This document shows, one piece after another, positions 9,946 to 19,308 of a stretch of DNA of 64,000 nucleotides (within the stretch, counting starts at the first letter, position 1; each line of letters begins with the position of its first letter). The position numbers were made by a program, and so were the translations under genes. Source of the stretch: Candidatus Binatia bacterium (GTDB taxonomy: Bacteria; Desulfobacterota; Binatia; HRBIN30); the NCBI GenBank assembly GCA_038245295.1, contig JBBRSP010000020.1, positions 35,765-99,764 on the forward strand. The letters run 5' to 3'. The notes under the pieces are model-generated. The model was not told where the DNA came from. It worked only from the letters and a program-made list of their open reading frames with translations, and ran no database searches.

Positions 9946-10836
9946 CTACTGCGGCAAGAGGTTCCGCGGCTTTACGTTGACGGTCATCGTGCGCCTTTCA
10001 TACGTTACCCCGTCCGGATTGGTGCGATCGGCGCGGGCGCTAAGACTCACCGTGATCTGTTGAACCAGGCGCCACTCGTCGTCATTCCCCGACGCCGGAA
10101 TCTGCACCACATCGCAGGTCGGACAGTTGCGCTTTAGCTGGTATGAGAAATTCAATGTGTCGACTCCGACGGCGAAAGCCTGTGCCGTCTGGCTGCCGAT
10201 TTGGAGCATCAGTTGCGACGTGGTTCCGCCCGCTGTCGTTCGATTGGCAAGGAAGTAACTGCGCTCGTCTATCGCGTAAACGCCGCTGCCTATGGGATAG
10301 GGCCCATTGGCGAAAGCGCCGGTGCCGCTAATCGTGTTTGTGACGGTGTTTATCCCGGTGATATCGAAGTAGTCGCCAATCGTCGGATTGCGGATGTATG
10401 CCCGCATGCCGACAGTGAAGCCGCTGGCGCTGCTAACCGGAATTGATGCGGCTGACGTCACCGCGACCGTCGTCGCGGTTCTTACGCAGGACATGTCCGG
10501 CCGCACCAAGCCGGTGCGCGTGATGATGGTGTCCGTGTTGTTGTTGTGGTTGCCGTCCAGGGACATGAAGTCACCCGTGATCGGAAGACAGGCGCCGGAA
10601 AGGCGCAAGTCGCGCACGATCGTGTCGATGGCGGCCCGGGCGTTGAACGTAGCCTCGGTCATCAACTCGTAGCGGCGCATGTTTTGGACCATCATCGACA
10701 TGAACTTCGAGGAGGCGGCCAGCACAAACGTCGTCACCATCATGGCGATGAGCAACTCCACCAGGGAGAAGCCACGCTGACTAGCGGTGGACCTGGGTGA
10801 AGATTGTGGAAACGGTCGCATTTTGGGGCCCTGCAT
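9946..10836 (-). CDS. PilW-like minor pilin
   Basis: QRG|FSLVELLIA prepilin site, IVRDLRLSG, C-terminal VKPRN. Exact start uncertain. Confidence 0.85.
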   Translation of the reverse strand: MQGPKMRPFPQSSPRSTASQRGFSLVELLIAMMVTTFVLAASSKFMSMMVQNMRRYELMTEATFNARAAIDTIVRDLRLSGACLPITGDFMSLDGNHNNNTDTIITRTGLVRPDMSCVRTATTVAVTSAASIPVSSASGFTVGMRAYIRNPTIGDYFDITGINTVTNTISGTGAFANGPYPIGSGVYAIDERSYFLANRTTAGGTTSQLMLQIGSQTAQAFAVGVDTLNFSYQLKRNCPTCDVVQIPASGNDDEWRLVQQITVSLSARADRTNPDGVTYERRTMTVNVKPRNLLPQ

Positions 10837-11194
10837 TCGACGTCCAGGTGACCGTGGCGGTCACACGTTTCATGTTGGGGGAAGGGTCGTCGGGCACTAC
10901 GGTCGTTGTCACCGTGTAGACTGTGTTATCGATCTTTGGCGTTGGCGGTGGGCTCTGCGCCACCATATCCTCGTAGTCCAACGTACGCATCGATTCGAGT
11001 GCCTGTTCGGCCAGCACATAACCCTGGGTTTGATTGTAGCTGCGCCCAGCGCGAAAGAACGCTGAGCTCACCAGTTTGGCGATGCTGCCAAACATGATGG
11101 CGAGTAGCCCGAGCGCCACCAACGTTTCGACGAGCGAAACTCCGCGGTTCCGACGCAGGCGCTGCGGAGCAAACCTGTGGCTACTGCTCTTCAT
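10781..11194 (-). CDS. PilV-like minor pilin
   Basis: NRG|VSLVETLVAL, LAEQALESMR, KRVTATVTW. Confidence 0.85.
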   Translation of the reverse strand: MKSSSHRFAPQRLRRNRGVSLVETLVALGLLAIMFGSIAKLVSSAFFRAGRSYNQTQGYVLAEQALESMRTLDYEDMVAQSPPPTPKIDNTVYTVTTTVVPDDPSPNMKRVTATVTWTSNAGPQNATVSTIFTQVHR

Positions 11195-11678
11195 AGACCT
11201 GTCCGGATGCCCAGATCGAGACTTGATGCGCCGGGCTCCCGCAGCCGTCGACCGTCAACGTCAGCGGACCCGCCGAGAGCGGGTTGCTATAGGCCACCTG
11301 CATGCCGCGGGTGTTGAACTGATAGTGGCTCCCGGTGCTTGTAACCGGGGTCCAAGAGAGGCTGCTGGGGAGATTGACGGTCTTGACGACCGAGCCCACA
11401 TCCCACGACGAGCCGTTCTGCACTAGTTTCCGGAGCTGGTATTGAGTGGCCGTCGAAAAGTACACGTCGTAGTGCGTTCCGCTGACGATGGCTCGCTGCC
11501 GCGCGAAACGCACATCGCCCATGAAGTCGTCGACAAACCTGGCCCTGGTCTGGATACAGGTTGAACCACTTCTCACCGCGATGCGAGCCAGAATTCCGAT
11601 TATGGCGACGACAACCAGGAGTTCGATCAAGGTGTAACCTGCCTGGTCTATCCGCCGAACCTTCATTGTAGTCGTCAT
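11181..11678 (-). CDS. FimT/FimU (GspH-like) minor pilin
   Basis: QAG|YTLIELLVVV, DVRFARQRA, FNTRG, SIWASGQV. Several possible starts (11666-11702). Confidence 0.85.
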   Translation of the reverse strand: MTTTMKVRRIDQAGYTLIELLVVVAIIGILARIAVRSGSTCIQTRARFVDDFMGDVRFARQRAIVSGTHYDVYFSTATQYQLRKLVQNGSSWDVGSVVKTVNLPSSLSWTPVTSTGSHYQFNTRGMQVAYSNPLSAGPLTLTVDGCGSPAHQVSIWASGQVYEEQ

Positions 11679-11896
11679 GTACGCAAGCCCCATGCCCCGC
11701 AACGGCTTAGCACGTTCGAATTACCTGATCGAGAGCTCTGTCAAATGTCTGCCGCTCGGTTTATCGGTACCGTTGGAAACATGACGGACGATGGCGCGGT
11801 TCCCCGATGCACCTGACTCCAGATGCCGTGCTTGACTGCGGTAGAAACGGCTCGGTATGGAGGCAACTGGTGTCGGTAGCTAACAGCGATCCTCAG

Positions 11897-12517
11897 ATGG
11901 GTCTTCGTGTGGCCAACGTTGCCGGCGTGGTGCTGGCTGGTGGACGCAATTCCCGAATGGGCGGGCATGACAAGTCATTCCTGCGCGTCGGTGACGAGAC
12001 TTCGTTGCAACGTGCCCTGGGTGTCTTGCGGTGCTGCTTCGACGACGTGGGTATCGTCTCGAACCGCCCGGAGCGGTACACGAGCTTCGGCACGGCCCTG
12101 ACCCGTGACGAGTTTCCCGGCGTTGGTCCCCTGGCGGGTATCCATGCCGGCCTCGGGTTGATGCACAGTCCGTTCGCCTTTGTCGTCGCTTGCGACATGC
12201 CATTTCTACGGGTTGAGCCGATCCGCTACCTCGCCGATCTGGCGGACTCGAGGTACGACGCTGTCATCCCCTGGTGGGACGGCGACATCGAACCTCTGCA
12301 TGCTGTCTACGCGGCAGCCCTGCGCGAGCCGATTGCCGTTGCGATTCGCTCGGGAGCCATGGCGATCCGTGACTTGCTGCCGTCGCTGCGTGTCCGTTAC
12401 GTCGTTGAGGCAGAGATGCGCACGATCGCCGGCTCTGAGGAATCCTTTCGCAACGTCAACACTCCTGACGACGCGGCGCGCTACTCGGTCCAACTCGGTC
12501 CGCGCGTCGCCGATTGA
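11897..12517 (+). CDS. mobA: Molybdenum cofactor guanylyltransferase
   Basis: VVLAGGRNSRMGGHDK, GPLAGIHAG, VACDMPF, EPLHAVY, NVNTPDD. Confidence 0.92.
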   Translation: MGLRVANVAGVVLAGGRNSRMGGHDKSFLRVGDETSLQRALGVLRCCFDDVGIVSNRPERYTSFGTALTRDEFPGVGPLAGIHAGLGLMHSPFAFVVACDMPFLRVEPIRYLADLADSRYDAVIPWWDGDIEPLHAVYAAALREPIAVAIRSGAMAIRDLLPSLRVRYVVEAEMRTIAGSEESFRNVNTPDDAARYSVQLGPRVAD

Positions 12518-12623
12518 CCGATCGATGCTGGCTGAGTACAGTGCGCTAGGTTGAGGCGTTTAGATTTGAACACCAGTTTGATTGCAGTGTGGCGCGTTGA
12601 GTAGCCCTGAAGCGAAGTCACCG

Positions 12624-13238
12624 ATGGCCGAGGACATCATCGCGCAGTACTTGAGTTCCTGCATTTCCAGCAGCGATCCGAGACAGCAAAGAGTTGCCGT
12701 TTTCGAGCGAGTGCGGGATCTGCCGTATCATTTCCCAGCTAGCCGCGATCCGGCCGAAGTAATCGCTCAAGGGCGCGGATCGTGTTCGGGCAAGCACTAC
12801 TTGTTAGGGGAATTGTTTCGTCGAATCGGCGTTCCCGTGCGCCACATGATTTGTACGCAGCGCTTCAACGAGTCACCGCTTGCATTCCCGGATGCCATGC
12901 AAGCCACTTTGCGCAAGAATGAAATCGTCGACCTGCACGATTTCTTGCGCATTCGGGTCGATGGCAAATGGATTGACATCGACGCAACCTGGCCGAGCAA
13001 CCTGCGCGAGTTTGGCTTCCCCGTGAACGACGAGTGGGATGGCTGTCGGCCTATGGGGCTCAGCGTTGTGCCGGACGAAATCTCCATGACCGAAACGGAT
13101 CCCGAACGGCTCAAGGAAGAGTTGCTATCGAAGTTGACTCAACGCCAGCGCACCCAACGCAAAGACTTCCTCCTTGCGTTGAGCGCCTGGGTGAACGAAT
13201 TGGCGGCGGAGACTCAACGCGACGTGGACCGTTCGTGA
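12624..13238 (+). CDS. Transglutaminase-like domain protein
   Basis: VRDLPY, GSCSGKH, H..., WIDIDATW (Cys-His-Asp pattern). Confidence 0.75.
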   Translation: MAEDIIAQYLSSCISSSDPRQQRVAVFERVRDLPYHFPASRDPAEVIAQGRGSCSGKHYLLGELFRRIGVPVRHMICTQRFNESPLAFPDAMQATLRKNEIVDLHDFLRIRVDGKWIDIDATWPSNLREFGFPVNDEWDGCRPMGLSVVPDEISMTETDPERLKEELLSKLTQRQRTQRKDFLLALSAWVNELAAETQRDVDRS

Positions 13239-13765
13239 GTGCGGACGAACTGGTCGACGTAATCGATGAGCACGGGCGGGTGCTCTCCATCAAGAGACGC
13301 GCCGAGGTGCGCCAGCAGAATCTTCGGCACCGCAGCACCTACATCCTTGTTTTCAACGCGGCGGGAGACCTCTTCGTGCACCGGCGCACGTTCACCAAAG
13401 ACATTTATCCCGGGTATTGGGACGTGGCGATCAGTGGCGTGTTGGGTAGCAAAGAAGACTACACCGCCGGTGCGCTGCGCGAGTTGGCCGAGGAGCTCGG
13501 CCTGGTCGTGGCTTCGTTGGAGCCACTGTTTTCCTTCCGCTTCGAAGACGAACACAATCGCGTCATCGGAGAGGCCTTTCGCTGTCAGAGCGAGGGACCG
13601 TTTGTGCTCCAACCCGATGAGGTTGTCGAAGGACGATGGATGGCGGTGGACGAGGTTCTTGCCCGGATGCGCGACGAGCCGTTCTGTCCCGACGGGGCCG
13701 AGGTCTTGCGATTGTTCCTGAGTCGCGGTGCCGGGCTCAGCGCGCGGCTATCCTCCAGGTCCTGA
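13235..13765 (+). CDS. NUDIX hydrolase (YfcD/Idi-like)
   Basis: GTG start overlapping the upstream stop (GTGA); KDIYPGYWD, GALRELAEELG, PFCPDG. Confidence 0.88.
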   Translation: MSADELVDVIDEHGRVLSIKRRAEVRQQNLRHRSTYILVFNAAGDLFVHRRTFTKDIYPGYWDVAISGVLGSKEDYTAGALRELAEELGLVVASLEPLFSFRFEDEHNRVIGEAFRCQSEGPFVLQPDEVVEGRWMAVDEVLARMRDEPFCPDGAEVLRLFLSRGAGLSARLSSRS

Positions 13766-13768
13766 GTC

Positions 13769-13834
13769 TAACCGTCCGGTTAAAACCAAACCCTCTCCGG
13801 AGCCCATTTCGGAGCCTGGTTCAACGGACCGCTA
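13769..13834. repeat. Degenerate ~65 bp MITE-like element with IS-type inverted ends
   Basis: Left TAACCGTCCGGTTAAAACC and right GGTTCAACGGACCGCTA are imperfect inverted repeats resembling the ends at 52837-52951. Confidence 0.35.
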
Positions 13835-14101
13835 ACGAGCGGCCGACGGTCCGATGGGGCGCAGGTTCCACGCCAGGACCGTCTTGCGAACCCCATCGAC
13901 GCTTTCAATCGTTACTTGATCGCCTGCTACCGAGACCACCCGGAAGCGACCCGGTGCAGCCATCGTGATTACGTCCTCACCAACTTTGAACATACGTTCT
14001 CCCCGAAGCTGCGCCGCACCATATCAAGCGAGTTCGGCCGCGCAACGGCTGTGAGCGATCTCGGTTGACCATCCCACACGTCCTGCTAGCGAGCGGCGAT
14101 A

Positions 14102-14569
14102 ATGGCCGCCTGCGAGAACGATGAGCGTTTTATGATGTTGGCCCTCGACCAAGCGGACCTGGCGGCGGCGCGAGGCGAGGTGCCTGTCGGGGCCATCCTG
14201 ATCAGTGCCGAGGCCGAGATCCTGGCGAGCGCCCACAATGCGCCAATCTCAACGTGTGATCCGACCGCCCATGCCGAGATCCTTTGCCTGCGCGCTGCCG
14301 CGTCGGCACTGGGCAACTATCGCCTACCCGGCGCAACGTTGTACGTCTCCGTTGAGCCGTGTCTAATGTGCGTCGGGGCCATCGTTCATGCCCGCCTGGC
14401 GCGCGTTGTGTTCGGATGTTTCGAGCCGAAGACTGGTGCGTTGGGTTCGGTTTATGATATTCCCTCCGCCGGCGTGGCGAACCATTCGTTCGAAACGACC
14501 TCTGGAGTGTGTGCCGACGCGTCGGCGCAACGCCTGAGAAGCTTTTTTTCCGCACGGAGAGGTGCGTGA
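14102..14569 (+). CDS. tadA: tRNA adenosine(34) deaminase
   Basis: GEVPVGA, DPTAHAE, NYRL, EPCLMCVGA, LRSFF. Confidence 0.95.
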   Translation: MAACENDERFMMLALDQADLAAARGEVPVGAILISAEAEILASAHNAPISTCDPTAHAEILCLRAAASALGNYRLPGATLYVSVEPCLMCVGAIVHARLARVVFGCFEPKTGALGSVYDIPSAGVANHSFETTSGVCADASAQRLRSFFSARRGA

Positions 14570-14642
14570 GTCCGGTTGAAACGGCACGACTCGAAATCGT
14601 GTGAGCCGCAAGGTTCCGGGGGTTCGAATCCCTCCCTCTCCG
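14556..14642 (+). tRNA. tRNA-Ser(CGA), CCA not encoded
   Basis: Acceptor GGAGAGG/CCTCTCC+G, anticodon arm CACGA-CTCGAAA-TCGTG, long variable arm, GGTTCGAATCC T-loop. Confidence 0.95.
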
Positions 14643-14659
14643 CTCTGTTTTTGTACCTG

Positions 14660-14687
14660 GTCGGACCGATCCGGCGATCGGTCCGAC
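14660..14687. terminator. 12 bp hairpin between convergent transcription units
   Basis: GTCGGACCGATC-CGGC-GATCGGTCCGAC; no clear U-tract. Confidence 0.4.
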
Positions 14688-14693
14688 GGCACC

Positions 14694-15080
14694 TCAACTA
14701 GCTCGTTTGGGAAAGACGCGTCCGGGTACTCGCACATTGTGCCGTGCCCGGGGGAAGATTCGTGCGCGTCCGCCTGGCATCTGTTTCAACCGCGCCAGCG
14801 AACGGCGCACAGCGTCTGCATCGAGGCCCAGCACTTCGCACACGACCTCAAACGAAAACGGTGAGTATCGCCGCGGCGAAGCAATCCAAAACTCGGCGTC
14901 GCGGGCCGCCAACTTTTGGCTACCCAGGTAACAACGCACGCCGTCCTCGAATACGGCGAGCATCAATGCCTTCGTGCCGGTTAGCTGCGGCGCTCGTGAT
15001 TCGCCTCCATAGACCGTGCGGATGGAGGACATCAAAACGTCACTATCGATCTGTGGCTTAGCCTGAGGGTCAGCTACCAT
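14694..15080 (-). CDS. Hypothetical protein
   Basis: GAGG ribosome-binding site before ATG at 15080; LMLAVFEDGVRCY...PFSFEVVCEVLGLD is protein-like. Confidence 0.7.
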   Translation of the reverse strand: MVADPQAKPQIDSDVLMSSIRTVYGGESRAPQLTGTKALMLAVFEDGVRCYLGSQKLAARDAEFWIASPRRYSPFSFEVVCEVLGLDADAVRRSLARLKQMPGGRARIFPRARHNVRVPGRVFPKRAS

Positions 15081-15221
15081 ACGTGTGCACCTCGGTTGTA
15101 AGAAGGTGAGCAACCGCCGTGCCGTCGGCCCCGACGGGTGTATGGGAGCAAGAGTTACCTTGCCAGGTGATGTCATCCCTCGCAGGGATGCAAGGGCTCG
15201 CGTTGTTGCAAGGGTGTCGGG

Positions 15222-15482
15222 CTAGCGTGATCCGCAGCCGCCGCTGCTGCAGCCGCCGCCATTGCCACACGTGCGCGCTTCGACGACGGTGTATCCCGCA
15301 TCGAGCAGATCGTCGCGATCAACGAGGTGGGTAGCTCCGGTGAGGACGAGATCGCAGTGCAAGCAGCGAATGAGTTCGTCTCCTGATTCGTCGAGATCGA
15401 AATAGCCGAGTACGGGGCGCGCGCAATTGCGGCAATCGCGCAGCTCGAAAGAGGAATCGTTGGCGAGCGATGGGGTTGCCAT
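15222..15482 (-). CDS. Small Cys-rich zinc-ribbon-like protein
   Basis: CRNC, CLHC and a CGNGGGCSSGGCG tail. Confidence 0.65.
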   Translation of the reverse strand: MATPSLANDSSFELRDCRNCARPVLGYFDLDESGDELIRCLHCDLVLTGATHLVDRDDLLDAGYTVVEARTCGNGGGCSSGGCGSR

Positions 15483-15544
15483 AGGTTTACGCGGTCGGTT
15501 GTGGTGGAATCGTCGCGCATTTGCAAGCGTAGACGTCGCCGGTT

Positions 15545-17116
15545 TTGGGCAGTCGGCGACCCGAGGGTTGCGGCGATCGCCCGGCGGGAAGTGAAGGGAT
15601 AGAGGAGGAGCGCTTGCGTCGAACTATTTCATTGTTGATCGTCGTAGTCTGGCTTGCCCTCCTGTCTCGACTTTTGCCGGGAAGGTCGCAACCGGATCGT
15701 TCGCCGGAATCGACTCAACCTGTTGCGGCGGACGGGCGCATCTTGGCGTCGCCGATCACCACGGACGGTGATGCGGGGACTCAGGAGTCCTGGATGGGAT
15801 TGTACCAGCAGGGCAAGAAGATCGGCTACTCGCATACCAAGCTGGTTCGCCACGGCGATCAACTTCAGTGGGAGGAGCAAACTCTGATGCGCGTCCTGAT
15901 GCTCGGCGCCCCACAGGAAATTGACTTGCGTATCCAGGCGACTGCTGGAGGCGACTTGCAGCTGCGGCGTGCGAACGTTGCCCTCAAGACCGAGGCGGCG
16001 GTTGTATCGCTGACGGCAACAGTCGACGGCTCGGATCTGCGTGTCACCGGGAGCATGAACGGCGACGCGGTGGAGCAGCACATCAAGTTGACGGAGCCCG
16101 TCTCGTTGGCGTCGCTGGCACGCCAAGGATTCAGCTTTGAGCTGCCGCGTCCGGGATTGGCGATCGAGCGCCGGGTATTTGAGCCGCTGACCCAGCAGAC
16201 CGTGGTCGTACGCTTCCGCATCGAAGGTTCCGGCAAGGAGAATGTGCCGGGTATGGCTACCGAGCAGGGTTGGAAAGCCAGCCAGGAGATGCGTGGCATG
16301 CGTAGCCAGTTGTGGCTCAGCGATCGCGGTGAGGTGCTGCGCGAGGAAGGCCCGATGGGTCTGACCCTGGTGCGTGAAACGGCGCAGATCGCCACCGCGG
16401 TTGCAGCGGACCCGGGTTGGGACATCACGGCGGCGGCAGCCTTACCGGTGCGCACGCTCATCGACGATCCCCGCCATGCCTGTGCGCTGACACTGCGCTT
16501 ACTTGGGACAGACCTTGGTTTCGTCGTGACGGGCGGCGCCGTTGAACGCACCGACCAAACCCTCAAAATCCGCCAGATCGACGCGGCCGAGATCAAGGAT
16601 TACGCGCTGCCCTACGCCGGCGGTGATCTGCAGGATGAGCTCCAGAGTGAGCCCTTCGTGGAAACCAACGATGAGAAAATTCGTCTGGCGGCCAAGAAAG
16701 CCATAGGCGACGCGACGACTGCCGTGGCCGCGACCAAGGCACTCGTTGATTGGGTATATCGCTACGTCGATAAGGTCCCGGTCGCCAGCGTCCCGGATGC
16801 CGTGCAGGTGTTGCAATCGGCGCGCGGCGACTGCAACGAACACGCGGTGTTGCTGGCAGCTCTTGGTCGTTCCGTCGGTCTCCCGGTCCGTGTCGCGTCC
16901 GGCCTTCTTTACGCCGACGGCGTCTTTCTGTTCCACGCATGGAACGAAGTCTGGCTGGGCGTTTGGGTGCCGGTCGATGCGACTCTGAATCAAACCTCAG
17001 CTGATGCGACGCATGTGCGTCTCGCCATTGGTGGCTTGAGCGGCCAATCGGTTCTGGCCCAGATCGTCGGTAGCGTCTCCGCCGAGGTGGTCGAGAGCGC
17101 TACGTGCAGTCCGTGA
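15545..17116 (+). CDS. Membrane-anchored transglutaminase-domain protein
   Basis: GDCNEHA, FHAWNEVW, WVPVDAT; N-terminal hydrophobic stretch. True start probably near 15613. Confidence 0.85.
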   Translation: MGSRRPEGCGDRPAGSEGIEEERLRRTISLLIVVVWLALLSRLLPGRSQPDRSPESTQPVAADGRILASPITTDGDAGTQESWMGLYQQGKKIGYSHTKLVRHGDQLQWEEQTLMRVLMLGAPQEIDLRIQATAGGDLQLRRANVALKTEAAVVSLTATVDGSDLRVTGSMNGDAVEQHIKLTEPVSLASLARQGFSFELPRPGLAIERRVFEPLTQQTVVVRFRIEGSGKENVPGMATEQGWKASQEMRGMRSQLWLSDRGEVLREEGPMGLTLVRETAQIATAVAADPGWDITAAAALPVRTLIDDPRHACALTLRLLGTDLGFVVTGGAVERTDQTLKIRQIDAAEIKDYALPYAGGDLQDELQSEPFVETNDEKIRLAAKKAIGDATTAVAATKALVDWVYRYVDKVPVASVPDAVQVLQSARGDCNEHAVLLAALGRSVGLPVRVASGLLYADGVFLFHAWNEVWLGVWVPVDATLNQTSADATHVRLAIGGLSGQSVLAQIVGSVSAEVVESATCSP

Positions 17117-17173
17117 GGGCCGCTTGATGTCCTTGCAGCTATCTCTACGATGCTGCTAACTGCGCGGCGCTAC

Positions 17174-17252
17174 GCGAGAGTGGCGGAATGGCAGACGCGC
17201 TGGACTTAGGATCCAGTGGGCAACCGTGGGGGTTCAAGTCCCCCCTCTCGCA
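17174..17252 (+). tRNA. tRNA-Leu(TAG), CCA not directly encoded
   Basis: Acceptor GCGAGAG/CTCTCGC+A, anticodon arm CTGGA-CTTAGGA-TCCAG, GGTTCAAGTCC T-loop. Confidence 0.95.
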
Positions 17253-17307
17253 TCCAACCGCGCCGCGTGGAGCCCTTGCGGACGCGCGTTGGTTGGAACC
17301 GAGGCGC

Positions 17308-17531
17308 CTATTTCCCGAACTTCGACAAGGAGTTCATGTCGAAGAAGTTCCGGTCAAATGGTGTGCGGACGTCGAAGATCGCGGTTGGTGTCGACTTGAT
17401 TCTGGCGACGGTCGCTTGTCCCTTCTTGACCGACTCGGCGCATTGGAAGGCCATCGTCGATGTCGACGTAGAGCTCGAGCTTTCCGAAGAGGTAGTATTT
17501 GTCCTTGGGCACTCCTTCGATGATCCAGAAG
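17308..17531 (-). pseudogene. Remnant of a DUF1329-like protein C-terminus with internal deletion and frameshift
   Basis: FWIIEGVPKDKYYLFGKLELYVD in one frame, then MAFQCAE...FFDMNSLSKFGK* in another; no start codon. Confidence 0.55.
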
Positions 17532-17584
17532 GCTAGTCGATGCGATTGTTTCCGGCCGCCCCCGTCTCGTGGTAATCGCGGCCC

Positions 17585-18958
17585 ATGCACCTCCTGCGAA
17601 TCATTGGCGCTGCGGCCTTGCTGGCCATGGCCGTCGTTCCGGTTTCCGCCGACTCTCAACTGCGGTCGATTTATCGCGAGCTGATCGAATGCAATACAAC
17701 CCACTCCACCGGCAGCACCACTAAAGCTGCCGAGCTGATGGCGAAGCGCCTGCGGGCCGCGGGCTTCGCCTCGCGCGATATCGAGATCGTCGGCCCGCAA
17801 CCGAACAAGAAGAATCTGGTCGCCCGTCTGCGCGGCGGCTCAGCGGCGCGACCGCTTCTCCTGCTTGCACACCTCGACGTCGTCGAGGCGCGGCGCGAGG
17901 ACTGGTCTATGGACCCGTTCAAGTTGCACGAGCAAGACGGGTATTTCTTCGGCCGCGGCAGTCTCGATGATAAAGCGATGGCGGCGATCTTCGTCGACAT
18001 CATTGTTCGTTTGCGGCGTGAGCACGTCGCGCTCAATCGCGATGTCATTCTGGCCCTGACGGCCGACGAGGAAGGTGGACCCGACAACGGTGCGGAATGG
18101 CTTCTGGCGGAGCGGCGACCCTTGGTCGATGCCGCCTTGGTGCTCAATGAAGGTGGCGGTGGTCGCATCCGTGGCGGCCGCTATCTCTTGAATGGCGTGC
18201 AGGCCAGCGAGAAATCGTACACGAATTTCGAGTTGGTGGTCCACAATCCCGGCGGCCACAGTTCCCTGCCCACCAAGGACAACGCGATCTATCGACTTGC
18301 CGCGGCCCTCCTGCGTGTCGAGCAACTGCAGTTCCCGTTCGAGCTCAATGAGGTGACCCGCCAGTACCTTGCCAACAGTGCCAAGGCCGAGTCAGCCGAC
18401 AGAGCGAGCGACCTGGAGGCCATCCTACGTGAGCCGCCGGACGCCGCGGCGTTGGCGCGGTTGTCGGACATCCCGTCGTACAACGCTCTGCTGCGCACCA
18501 CATGCGTGGCGACGCGGCTCGACGGCGGTCATGCGGACAATGCCCTACCACAATCGGCGAAGGCGCTGATCAACTGCCGCATCCTTCCCGGCCACTCGAC
18601 GGATGAAGTGCGCGCCGCCTTGGTGGCAGCCGTGGCGGACGATAACGTGGCCATTACGGCGACGGAAAAAGATACCGCAGGTCCGGCATCGCCACTCGAT
18701 CCGGCACTGATGTCGCTGATCGAAGGAGTCACCAAGGAAATGTGGCCGGATGTTCCAACGGTGGCCACCATGAGCACGGGTGCTTCCGATTCGCGTTATT
18801 TCAGGAAGGTTGGCATCCCGGCGTATGGCATATCCGGGATCTTCGTTGACGCCGACGACATCCGCGCCCACGGGCGCGACGAGCGGCTTGGAGTCAAGCA
18901 GTTCGATGAGGGTGGGGAATTCCTGTGGCGGCTGGTCTGCGGCCTGACCGCACCATGA
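17585..18958 (+). CDS. Secreted M20/M25/M40 family metallo-hydrolase
   Basis: Signal peptide; AHLDVV, GRGSLDDK, ADEEGG, GGHSS, RAHGRDER. Confidence 0.92.
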   Translation: MHLLRIIGAAALLAMAVVPVSADSQLRSIYRELIECNTTHSTGSTTKAAELMAKRLRAAGFASRDIEIVGPQPNKKNLVARLRGGSAARPLLLLAHLDVVEARREDWSMDPFKLHEQDGYFFGRGSLDDKAMAAIFVDIIVRLRREHVALNRDVILALTADEEGGPDNGAEWLLAERRPLVDAALVLNEGGGGRIRGGRYLLNGVQASEKSYTNFELVVHNPGGHSSLPTKDNAIYRLAAALLRVEQLQFPFELNEVTRQYLANSAKAESADRASDLEAILREPPDAAALARLSDIPSYNALLRTTCVATRLDGGHADNALPQSAKALINCRILPGHSTDEVRAALVAAVADDNVAITATEKDTAGPASPLDPALMSLIEGVTKEMWPDVPTVATMSTGASDSRYFRKVGIPAYGISGIFVDADDIRAHGRDERLGVKQFDEGGEFLWRLVCGLTAP

Positions 18959-18993
18959 GGCCGACGATGCGCTGGTCTGCCGCGACAGCGCCC

Positions 18994-19308
18994 CTATTTT
19001 TTTACTTCCGGCACGTAGTCGCCGATACGCTTGAGGCGCCGCTGCCAGTACTCGTAGGCACGTCGGGTGAAGACCTCGGTCTCCTCGACCGCCCACTCAC
19101 CCGATTGATTGGACGCATAACCGACGCAGATGCGACGCTCCTCATCGCGCACGAATGCGATCCGCATGTGCACGTTTGGATCATCGCGTTCTTCGTAGGT
19201 CGGCCCGATGAGCACGAACGGATCGCCGTCATCCAGAAGGCGAACGACGCCCAACTCCTCGAGCAGGCGATCCCGTTTGACACTCCCGCGCGCTGGTTTG
19301 TTCTTCAC
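18994..19308 (-). CDS. Hypothetical protein (104 aa) coupled to the acyl-CoA dehydrogenase gene
   Basis: GTG start overlaps the dehydrogenase stop (GTGA); protein-like composition. Confidence 0.6.
   Translation of the reverse strand: MKNKPARGSVKRDRLLEELGVVRLLDDGDPFVLIGPTYEERDDPNVHMRIAFVRDEERRICVGYASNQSGEWAVEETEVFTRRAYEYWQRRLKRIGDYVPEVKK

Noticed and set aside
11703..11896. c-di-GMP or Moco riboswitch between the pilin genes and mobA
   Set aside because: No recognisable consensus on either strand by eye; a covariance-model search would be needed.
14643..14800. SRP RNA (ffs) after tadA-tRNA-Ser
   Set aside because: No SRP domain IV-like sequence was visible; a convergent CDS follows.
17174..17260. 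tRNA-anchored integrative element
   Set aside because: No integrase, and I found no duplicate of either tRNA 3' end in the window.
17216..17536. Plus-strand 106 aa ORF
   Set aside because: It starts inside tRNA-Leu and is the antisense of a more protein-like remnant.
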